DNA of 64,000 nucleotides from Candidatus Babelota bacterium (GTDB lineage Bacteria > Babelota > Babeliae > Babelales > CAIQNR01): NCBI GenBank assembly GCA_965658655.1, contig CBFHTA010000003.1, positions 52,969 through 116,968 on the forward strand. Direction: 5' to 3'. Within the stretch, counting starts at the first letter, position 1; each line of letters opens with the position of its first letter. A program made the translations under genes and the position numbers. Shown here one piece after another: positions 10,361 through 18,496 of this stretch. The notes under the pieces are model-generated. The model searched no databases, was not told the DNA's origin, and saw nothing but the letters and a program-made list of their open reading frames with translations.

Positions 10361-10897
10361 TCAACTCACAAAAACATTAAGTATAACGTTCTTAGATTTG
10401 TCCCAATTTTTACGAGCAGGACGAACAGACACAGAACAGAATCTATCTGGTTTTTTAAAACTTAAAAGCATTTCTTCACCCTCAAAATAATACTCTTGCC
10501 TCCAACCAAAACGTTCCATCTCTTGAATATAGAATCTCTTAATATCTTGAGCCGGCATAGTACTACTATAAGAAAGCAACTTGGCTCTGCGATCACCAAA
10601 ACTTACCGCCATAGGTTTAACAGAAACAGGTATCGGCACATCTACTAAACGTGCTTCTATTTGCTTTGCTTGTTCTTTAGCAGAGAGTTTTTTTGTTTTT
10701 TTAGATTGAGAAGAAAGAGGAAAAGCGCACGGCTCTGATTGCTCAGATAGTGCGCTTAATTCTTTAGAAGGCATAATTAACCGATTTTGACCTTGCCTGT
10801 TGGTCTGTACAATACGTGGCTTTTTTTCTTTCTTTTGTGTTTTAACACATCCAGAAAAAAGCATAAGTGCACCTAAACAACAAACAAGCTTCTTCAT
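10361..10897 (-). CDS. Hypothetical lipoprotein
   Basis: MKK-hydrophobic-FSG|C lipobox. Confidence 0.7.
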   Translation of the reverse strand: MKKLVCCLGALMLFSGCVKTQKKEKKPRIVQTNRQGQNRLIMPSKELSALSEQSEPCAFPLSSQSKKTKKLSAKEQAKQIEARLVDVPIPVSVKPMAVSFGDRRAKLLSYSSTMPAQDIKRFYIQEMERFGWRQEYYFEGEEMLLSFKKPDRFCSVSVRPARKNWDKSKNVILNVFVS

Positions 10898-10923
10898 GCA
10901 ACATTACCCCTCTGACAAGAAGA

Positions 10924-11520
10924 TTACTCTTTTTTGTCAGACTCTTTTTTTTCTGCAGCTGGAGCTTCTGCTTTTGGTTCAGCAGCTTTTGCCTCTACCT
11001 TTGGAGCTTCAGCAGCCTTTTTTTCAACCGGCTTAGCGGCTTTTTCTGCTTCTTTCTTTTCTGCAGCAGCTTTTGCTTCTGCTTTTGCAGCAAATTCAGC
11101 TTTCTTTTTCGCTTCTGCTTCTTTAGTTTTTGCACGTAAATGCGCACGAGCTTCTTTAGTTAGAATTTTTTCTTTTACTTGAGCTTTCTTACCTACACGG
11201 TCACGCAAGTAATACAATTTTGCTCGGCGAACATCACCCTTACGAACAATTTTGATACTGTCGATAATAGGAGTGTAGAATGGGTAAATACGTTCAACAT
11301 ACACACTGTTTGCACTAATTTTACGAACAGTAAAGGTACTTGAAGCACCCTTGTGATGCATTGCAATTACGTCACCTTCAAATACTTGGAGACGTTTTTT
11401 ATTACCCTCAGTAATCCACTGAGAAACTGCAATGTGATCTCCAATCTCAAAACGAGGAAAATCACGTTCTTCTGCACCTAGTCCACGGATAGTCTCACGT
11501 GTTAATTGTTGTGCCTTCAT
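10924..11520 (-). CDS. rplS: 50S ribosomal protein L19 with long Ala/Lys/Glu-rich C-terminal tail
   Basis: RLQVFEG, TFTVRKIS, GDVRRAKLYYLR. Confidence 0.97.
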   Translation of the reverse strand: MKAQQLTRETIRGLGAEERDFPRFEIGDHIAVSQWITEGNKKRLQVFEGDVIAMHHKGASSTFTVRKISANSVYVERIYPFYTPIIDSIKIVRKGDVRRAKLYYLRDRVGKKAQVKEKILTKEARAHLRAKTKEAEAKKKAEFAAKAEAKAAAEKKEAEKAAKPVEKKAAEAPKVEAKAAEPKAEAPAAEKKESDKKE

Positions 11521-11620
11521 AAATTTGATTCCTTTAAACAGGTCCGAGAAACGGACACGTTATGCCAATTGACTTCAAAAAATGCTTAATTAAGTTTGAT
11601 CATTATACAACAATAAAGCC

Positions 11621-12922
11621 CTATTGGCCAGCAAAATTAATGCCCAACCACCGGTCAAAAATAATGGCAGCTGCCGATCTGACCGAAAGATGATTAAAAT
11701 TAGAGAAGCCCAAAACTGGGCCAAGCACATAATCGCACTGTCTCATAAGCTCCTGGCTCAACCCCTTGGCTGTTCCAAAGATCAATAAAACAGGCCTTTT
11801 TTGGCTCCAAACTTCTTGTTGATCAAAATACGTAATAGAAGGAACCCCTCCTACCACTTGAGCCGATGTTGCAATCACCAAAGGCTCAATCCCCTCTTTT
11901 TCTTTAATGGCGGCTTTAACCGCTTCTAAATCTCGTGCAAGCTTAACATGACTTACTGCATCTGCTCTATTGTGATTATAAGCTACCCCTGCGGCATCCC
12001 AAAATCCAAGAATAGAATTTACAATTTTTTGCTGATCTTCAAGCGGAGTTACCACAAAATATTCTTTAAACCCGTAAGTTCGAGCCGAACGAGCAATATC
12101 ATGAATGTCTAAAGTTGTTACAGAAGAATTACCTACTCGACCTTTATCTACCACTACATCACCATGAAGCAACGCACAATAGTGAGTTGGAATATATTTT
12201 GCAGCTCGCTCCTGATCTTTTCTTTCTAGGCAATGAGACCGAACCCAATCAAAATGCTCTAAAACCGAACGCTCTGCAGCTTTATCTAGCCGTTGCTCGT
12301 CCATAGCCTTGTGGTTACCAGAAAGAAGCACCTCAGGAATTTTATGCCCTTTCCACTCGCGTGGAGGTGTAGTGTAAGGAGGAAAATCTAAAAATGGACC
12401 TGAAAATGAATCTTTTTCTACTGATTCTTCACGACCTACCACATTTGGTAAATAACGAGAAACGGCCTCAATGGCTACCATCGCAGGGAGATCTCCTCCC
12501 ATTAACACATAATCACCAATAGAAAGCTCAAGATCGGCATATTCTTGTACCGCACGCTCATCTATACCCTCATAACGCCCTGCTATAAACATAACATGTT
12601 TCTGCTCTTGAAGCTTTTGAGCCACTTTTTGAGCCAGGCGTTGATCTAATTTTTTACCTTGAGGGGTAAGAAAAATACGATACGCTTTACCATGCTTTTC
12701 TTCTTGCGCGGTGACCGATCGCTCGATAACTTCAGGACGAATCGCCATACCAGAACCATGACCAACCGTTGGACCATCGATACGTTCTTTTGGCTCACAA
12801 AAAGAAGAAAACGCCCGCACATCAAAAGATATTGTCTCTTGTTCTTGCGCACGTTTTATTAAACTTGTCTGGAGAAAATTGTGATAGATTTCCGGAAAAA
12901 CCGTAAGTATCGAAACTTCCAT
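11621..12922 (-). CDS. trmD: tRNA (guanine-N1)-methyltransferase TrmD fused to a second SPOUT methyltransferase (TM1570/DUF2168-like)
   Basis: N-half: GRYEGIDER, SIGDYVLMGG, PEVLLSGNH. C-half: DIHDIARSARTYG, LLIFGTAKGL, FNHLSVRSAAAIIFDR. Confidence 0.93.
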   Translation of the reverse strand: MEVSILTVFPEIYHNFLQTSLIKRAQEQETISFDVRAFSSFCEPKERIDGPTVGHGSGMAIRPEVIERSVTAQEEKHGKAYRIFLTPQGKKLDQRLAQKVAQKLQEQKHVMFIAGRYEGIDERAVQEYADLELSIGDYVLMGGDLPAMVAIEAVSRYLPNVVGREESVEKDSFSGPFLDFPPYTTPPREWKGHKIPEVLLSGNHKAMDEQRLDKAAERSVLEHFDWVRSHCLERKDQERAAKYIPTHYCALLHGDVVVDKGRVGNSSVTTLDIHDIARSARTYGFKEYFVVTPLEDQQKIVNSILGFWDAAGVAYNHNRADAVSHVKLARDLEAVKAAIKEKEGIEPLVIATSAQVVGGVPSITYFDQQEVWSQKRPVLLIFGTAKGLSQELMRQCDYVLGPVLGFSNFNHLSVRSAAAIIFDRWLGINFAGQ

Positions 12923-12940
12923 TTACCTATTTTCTAGATT

Positions 12941-13351
12941 TTACGCTTTGTCTTTAGACTCTGCAGGTTTTTCTTCAGTCTTTTCAGCTTTTTCTTCTGC
13001 CTTAGGCTTTGCGGCTTCTTCAGCTGCTTTTTTCTTTGCTTCTTCAGCTTCTAGTTCAGCTTTTGAAGGAGTTTGCTTTTTAATAGGCTCTACACGCTCT
13101 AAAGCAGACTTTTCACCTTTTTTTACACGGTGTTGTAATTTTTTAACGGTATCACTTGGAATAGCACCTTTTTCGATCCATGCTTGAACACGGTCTGCAT
13201 GAAATTGGATAATTTCACCTGAAACTGGGTTAAATGTTCCTAAGTTTTCTAGAAATTTACCGTCGCGTTTTACACGCTTATCGATAGCTACAATTCTATA
13301 AAAGGGAGCTCTTTTCTTCCCTATACGAGCAAGCCGTATGCGTACTGACAT
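12941..13351 (-). CDS. rpsP: 30S ribosomal protein S16 with charged C-terminal tail
   Basis: VRIRLARIGKKRAPFYRIV, RDGKFLENLGTFNP, GAIPSDTV. Confidence 0.97.
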   Translation of the reverse strand: MSVRIRLARIGKKRAPFYRIVAIDKRVKRDGKFLENLGTFNPVSGEIIQFHADRVQAWIEKGAIPSDTVKKLQHRVKKGEKSALERVEPIKKQTPSKAELEAEEAKKKAAEEAAKPKAEEKAEKTEEKPAESKDKA

Positions 13352-13497
13352 GCACAAAATCCTTCTAAGTCATAAATAGTTAAGCTTAAAGACACGAGAA
13401 AATCATTGTACCACAGATTGCAAATATCGCAAGCATTGCTATACTCAAAAAAGCTTCTTTAAGCCTTATAAGCCGATATTGAATTCAAGGAACACTC

Positions 13498-14604
13498 ATG
13501 GTTAAGCCAAAAGCAACTGCAACCAGAACTCACCCGAAAACCCTTTTAATTGGGGTACATGCACCTTATAACAAGACTAAACATATACAATCTTACTACA
13601 GTGAGTTCCTACATTTAGTTGAATCTAACGATATCGAATATGATGAAATCATCTATGTAAAGCTTAGATCCATTGACGCTGGTTACTTCTTTACCAAAGG
13701 TAAATTAGAAGAGATTCAAGAGCTATGCGAGAAAGAAGGATACGAAGAAGTAATTATTTCTGATCAGCTTACAGCTATGCAGGAGCGTAATCTCACCAAT
13801 CTTTTTAACACAAAAGTATTTGATAGAACTCAATTAATTCTAGAAATTTTTGAAAAAACTGCTCACTCCGCTGAAGGTAAGATGCAAGTTGAAATTGCCA
13901 TGTTTCATTATCGTAAAGCACGATTGTCTGGTATGGGAATCCATATGAGTCAGCAAGCTGGTCATATTGGTGGAAAAGGTCCTGGTGAAACAGAAAAAGA
14001 ACGTCAAACACGCCATATTGAAAGTCATATCAACAAATTAAAAAGACATCTTAAAGGGCTTGAAAAAAATAGAGGCACACAGCGTAAACGCCGTGTAGAA
14101 AACAAAATACCTCATATTTGCTTAATTGGTTACACTAATACCGGAAAGTCTACATTGCTCAATCAATTGACTAAGGCAGACGTTCTGGCTCAAGACAAAC
14201 TGTTTGCAACGCTTGATACTACAACTCGAGAACTTTTTATTAGCAACAAGAAACTGGGTGTAATCTCTGACACTGTCGGCTTTATTCAGCAGTTGCCACA
14301 TCATCTTATTAATGCTTTTAAATCAACTTTAAGCGAACTTCAGTATGCAGATTTATTATTACATGTTGTTGATATTGCTGACCCTAACTGGGAAGAGCAC
14401 ATTGCCATTGTAAATAAAATTCTAGTGGAACTTGATGTTAATAAAGAACAGCTCTATGTATTCAACAAAGCGGATACACCAAAAGAGATGCACGCAGATG
14501 AAGAATTACGTACAAAATATCAACCAAGCGTTACTGTCTCTGCACGCTCTAAAGAAGGCATTATCGAGCTTGTAAACTTCCTAGAAAATTGGAAACAAAA
14601 CTAG
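13498..14604 (+). CDS. hflX: GTPase HflX
   Basis: DRTQLILEIF, GPGETE, GYTNTGKST, LFATLDTT, DTVGFI, NKAD. Confidence 0.96.
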   Translation: MVKPKATATRTHPKTLLIGVHAPYNKTKHIQSYYSEFLHLVESNDIEYDEIIYVKLRSIDAGYFFTKGKLEEIQELCEKEGYEEVIISDQLTAMQERNLTNLFNTKVFDRTQLILEIFEKTAHSAEGKMQVEIAMFHYRKARLSGMGIHMSQQAGHIGGKGPGETEKERQTRHIESHINKLKRHLKGLEKNRGTQRKRRVENKIPHICLIGYTNTGKSTLLNQLTKADVLAQDKLFATLDTTTRELFISNKKLGVISDTVGFIQQLPHHLINAFKSTLSELQYADLLLHVVDIADPNWEEHIAIVNKILVELDVNKEQLYVFNKADTPKEMHADEELRTKYQPSVTVSARSKEGIIELVNFLENWKQN

Positions 14605-14708
14605 TCTTCTTACATTTACTTTATTAGAACTCTTAACTTGACTTTTATCCTTATTCGGGGGTACAACTAGGCCTTGTTGTTGTTTCTTAAAAACCAAAAG
14701 GAGTTCGA

Positions 14709-16547
14709 ATGAAGAAAAAATTATTTTTCTTAGTCTTAATTGGATTGGTCTTTTCTGCAGGCATTTCTGCTGCTCACTCAAAAATGAAACCGCCTAGTAA
14801 AGAAGGAGCTTTGGGAACCTCAGTTCAGAAAGTAACATCTGCCCCACTACCTGTAGAAAGCTTTTCTGACAGTGATAATGAGCCTGATACAAAAAGACCA
14901 GACACCCCAAGAACTAAAAAACTATCCTCTACAAATAAACACGGTATTACTTCAATGGCAACGGTAAAAGCAACTAAGAATGAATGCTTAGATGGCAATG
15001 AAGGTAACGATAATGGTGCTACAGCTAGAGAAGGAGTAGACACTACAGAACCTAAAGAAGAATCTCCTGAAACAGGTGGCTGGCTCTCTGTAATAGCAAC
15101 CAAAGCAGCGGCACTCGTAGCAGGAGAAACAAGAGAAATAGAGTTTGTGCCGACAAAGAGCCAAGAAGAATTAACACCTAAAGAAGCTGCTGATAAAAAA
15201 ACAAATGAACTTTGTGCTGATATAAAAGAATTGGAAGACCTTTTGGCGGACACTCCAAATACTGAAGACCAAACTGAAAAAAGAAAAAAAATAACAGATC
15301 AAATTGGAGAAAAAGAAGCTGAAATTGTGAAAATTGCTGACACTTATAAAACACCTGACGACAAACATTCTTACTTGAAAAAAGGTGATGGTCCTGTATT
15401 AACATTCGATAGACGTCAACGCGTGCGCGAAGCACAAGCTATTAAAGCAAAAGAAAAACATGCTGTTCTTAGAAACAACATAGCGGAAGAAACAAAAAGA
15501 ATAGCCAACATTACACTACCAGAACTTAAAGAAAGCAGAGCGATTGAGTTCCATAAAACAAAAGCAGAAGAAATTAAAGCGCTAGAGAGCGATGATGGCA
15601 TAGAAGAAATTAAAAACACTCCTGACGCTTCCAAAGAAGTAACTCCACAAATTAAGCTTCCATCAAGAGCAATTGTTACACCATATTCTGTTCAAATGGA
15701 AACACAAAAAATAAAAAAGGGGGAAGATGGAAATTGTGTAGAAATACGAGTTCCTGTGTATAAGAAAACTACCAAATTTGATTACGGCGCCCCACAATTA
15801 AATCGAAATGACATACCTCTCACTCCAGAACAAAGATATGAAACTGTAATTCAAGAATTAAATACTCGAGAAATAAAAGCAAAGCTTAAGAACCGTATCC
15901 TAAACGCGGCCGGATACCAATACAATTTAAAAACAAAAAAACCCTTACACGAAGGTAAAGCAAAACGGGAGTCCCTCAAAAAACGTGTTTTAGAGCAAAA
16001 CATTGCTGCCACTCTTTCTCGTGCAAGTTTGGAAAATCTAGAAAAGATTCAATCTAGCAAACAATTACGAAAATTGTTAAAACGTTCCGTTTTATCCGAC
16101 GCATTCCATCAACATCAACTTGCTCTTGCACTAAACACAGTTGAAGGTCATGGCCTTGTAACTGAACTAGATCCAATCACTATTTCTACGCATCAAGGAA
16201 GTTCAGAAAGAAAAGCAGAACTTAAAGAAGAAAGAGATAGAACAAGGATAATCAAACAAGAATTAGAAAGACAATCAACCACAACGGCTAACACCAAAGA
16301 TCGGGCAGCAACAGCTATTGCGGCTACAGATAGAAAACTTAAAAATGCATCTGAACAACTTAAGGAACTTAGCGAGAAAGTCACCACACTAAAAGAACAA
16401 CGAGACGCGGAAATAAAAACACTTGCTCACGCTAAAATAATAGATAAACAAGCACAACAAAAAGTTGAAACCTACAATAAAAACAGACAGCCGTTGGTAG
16501 ATGCTCACAACGGACTTAGTGGTATATCCTGGCTCTGGCGATCGTAA
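14709..16547 (+). CDS. Large secreted hypothetical protein with disordered N-region and coiled coils
   Basis: AAGGAG RBS, MKKK signal peptide, long charged helical stretches. Confidence 0.75.
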   Translation: MKKKLFFLVLIGLVFSAGISAAHSKMKPPSKEGALGTSVQKVTSAPLPVESFSDSDNEPDTKRPDTPRTKKLSSTNKHGITSMATVKATKNECLDGNEGNDNGATAREGVDTTEPKEESPETGGWLSVIATKAAALVAGETREIEFVPTKSQEELTPKEAADKKTNELCADIKELEDLLADTPNTEDQTEKRKKITDQIGEKEAEIVKIADTYKTPDDKHSYLKKGDGPVLTFDRRQRVREAQAIKAKEKHAVLRNNIAEETKRIANITLPELKESRAIEFHKTKAEEIKALESDDGIEEIKNTPDASKEVTPQIKLPSRAIVTPYSVQMETQKIKKGEDGNCVEIRVPVYKKTTKFDYGAPQLNRNDIPLTPEQRYETVIQELNTREIKAKLKNRILNAAGYQYNLKTKKPLHEGKAKRESLKKRVLEQNIAATLSRASLENLEKIQSSKQLRKLLKRSVLSDAFHQHQLALALNTVEGHGLVTELDPITISTHQGSSERKAELKEERDRTRIIKQELERQSTTTANTKDRAATAIAATDRKLKNASEQLKELSEKVTTLKEQRDAEIKTLAHAKIIDKQAQQKVETYNKNRQPLVDAHNGLSGISWLWRS

Positions 16548-16595
16548 TTTTAAAAAAAGCTCTCGAGAAATCGGGAGCTTTTTTTAAAATTACGA
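16542..16595 (+). terminator. Long intrinsic terminator hairpin
   Basis: tcgtaattttaaaaaaagctctcga-gaaa-tcgggagctttttttaaaattacga. Confidence 0.85.
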
Positions 16596-16777
16596 ATAGC
16601 TAAAGAATTATAGGTTTCATACAATCTCTACAACGAAAAACTAAACAAAACAATCTCCCCCATACACTTAAGCTTATTTTTTGCATATTTTTCACTTTTT
16701 TACCCCAAACTCTACACTTTCTTGTTTTTAGCATGATACACCTAGTAAACTTTTAAACATAAACTAAAGGGGATATT

Positions 16778-17761
16778 ATGAAAAAAAGTTTACTAGGGAT
16801 GGCACTCGTACTCACCACTCAAGCACAGACAGCAGACAGCGTGCAGCTACCAGGCCAACTAGCCTCAACCCATCTATATACTCTTGAAACAAAAGATTCA
16901 GCACCCCATAAAACGCCCGGAACCGTTGCTGCACAACCAATACCTATCCAACAACAGATACACTATCAAACACACCCTCTTTCACCTAGCACTCACAACT
17001 CAGCAAGTTATCCCGGTACATCTTCTTTAAAAGAGATTCACCCACAAAAACGCAGTAGGCTATATAGCTCCCATGATATAATTGAACCAACTGCACCAAC
17101 AAGAACCGATTTTTCTTCTCCAGGGTCTTTTGAACAACACCCTTATTCACATGGACCCTCAAGCCAACATGAATGGGAACAATATCAAACATTCAAAAGA
17201 CAACAAGAAGAGGTACGTGCTAGAGAAGAATCTCAACGTAACACAAAAGAGCTAGAAGCTTTTGAATTGTTGAAAAAAGCACGGTCGACACATGAATTAC
17301 AGACTGCAAGTGGCAGAATTTCACCAACCGGCTCCGTACCTCCGCACTATAATACTCTTGACACACAGATCAGTCCCACAGACAAAACCCTTCCTTTTGT
17401 TTCAGCCGCTATAAACGAAGGGAGCACCGCAAATGAAAACCTTAGTAAAGTGATGCAATCTTTCGTTACAGCAGTTAAAGGATTAGCAATAAAACGAGAT
17501 ACCTATCAAGCTCCTGCTACTGATTCTCCAAAGTCGAGAAGTAGACTAGGATCTATTAAATCTAAAGGGACTTCCGTAGAGGCAATGATGAAAACAGCTA
17601 AAAAAGAACAAAAAGGTAAAGACTCATATCTGCGCAAAGAGGCAAGCGGTATACAAAGAATACTCGCTACATTAATGATTTGTAACAAAACTCTTGAAGA
17701 TTGTAAGAGGAAAACAAATGCAGAATTATTTAGAGAAGCGGGAATGGATTCCGAGGCATAA
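16778..17761 (+). CDS. Secreted Ser/Thr/Pro-rich hypothetical protein (AQTADS-type signal peptide)
   Basis: MKK-hydrophobic-AQTA|DS; AAGGGG RBS. Confidence 0.75.
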   Translation: MKKSLLGMALVLTTQAQTADSVQLPGQLASTHLYTLETKDSAPHKTPGTVAAQPIPIQQQIHYQTHPLSPSTHNSASYPGTSSLKEIHPQKRSRLYSSHDIIEPTAPTRTDFSSPGSFEQHPYSHGPSSQHEWEQYQTFKRQQEEVRAREESQRNTKELEAFELLKKARSTHELQTASGRISPTGSVPPHYNTLDTQISPTDKTLPFVSAAINEGSTANENLSKVMQSFVTAVKGLAIKRDTYQAPATDSPKSRSRLGSIKSKGTSVEAMMKTAKKEQKGKDSYLRKEASGIQRILATLMICNKTLEDCKRKTNAELFREAGMDSEA

Positions 17762-17781
17762 TTCAAATCTTTAGTTGATAA

Positions 17782-17810
17782 TTGATAAGAAAGATAAGAA
17801 GCGGTACAAT
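17782..17810 (+). promoter_or_regulatory. Sigma70-type promoter (copy 1)
   Basis: TTGATA-17 nt-TACAAT, 35 nt upstream of ATG 17846. Confidence 0.7.
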
Positions 17811-17845
17811 AAGTTCAAATTCACATTACACACAAGAGATGTTAC

Positions 17846-18241
17846 ATGAAAAACGTATTGCACCTTCTTATTTTAACACTTACTTTCTTTACCGTTGCAC
17901 AAACTGCAGACAGTAAAAAACGCCATCACCCTTCTCCTATACAAGAACGCAAAAAGAAAAGACCTGCCTTCACCTTTACACAAAGGGATTTAGATAACGC
18001 TTGGGAAATGGCTGCTCTCACACGAAATCTAGAAAGAAACATTGGAAAAGCACCAAGAGAGAAAACAACTCTAGAAATTGTAGCCGCGCAAGAAGATGTT
18101 TATGATGCTGCAATAAAAGAATATACAGCAAGTATACTAACTCAAAAAAGCACTAATACCAGTGCAGCATCTTCAGCAGTACCTAGCGGCACAGAAACAC
18201 AAGTGCCTTCTGCTATGCCCGTTAAAATGGACGTATCGTAG
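17846..18241 (+). CDS. Secreted hypothetical protein (AQTADS-type signal peptide, basic NLS-like cluster)
   Basis: MKN-hydrophobic-AQTA|DS then KKRHHPSPIQERKKKRP. Confidence 0.72.
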   Translation: MKNVLHLLILTLTFFTVAQTADSKKRHHPSPIQERKKKRPAFTFTQRDLDNAWEMAALTRNLERNIGKAPREKTTLEIVAAQEDVYDAAIKEYTASILTQKSTNTSAASSAVPSGTETQVPSAMPVKMDVS

Positions 18242-18273
18242 CTTAACGTATACAACAAGCTTATAGTTTATAA

Positions 18274-18302
18274 TTGATACAAGAGATAAGACGCGGTACA
18301 CT
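18274..18302 (+). promoter_or_regulatory. Sigma70-type promoter (copy 2, homologous to 17782-17810)
   Basis: TTGATA-17 nt-TACACT; spacer similar to copy 1 (agataag..gcgg). Confidence 0.7.
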
Positions 18303-18332
18303 GTTTAAAGTTTTAACTACAAAGGAATTTAC

Positions 18333-18491
18333 ATGAAACAGTTATCGCGTCTTATTTTATTTCCTTTTCTTCTTAGTGTTACAAAAAGACAAACCCTTAA
18401 TACTAACTACAGAGAAAACAATAAAAATATAAGTCTCATGACTTTACGCGACAAAATGAACCAAAAAAATTCCGGGCAAAATAGCGAGTAA
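18333..18491 (+). pseudogene. Short 52-aa ORF, probable eroded paralog of the upstream secreted genes
   Basis: AAAGGA RBS and MKQLSRLILFPFLLSV; 5' nucleotides resemble the 17846 gene; not in ORF track. Confidence 0.45.
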
Positions 18492-18496
18492 CTTAT

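Noticed and set aside
14128..14156. HflX P-loop GYTNTGKS rather than GYTNAGKS
   Set aside because: Still fits GxxxxGKS; a conservative change.
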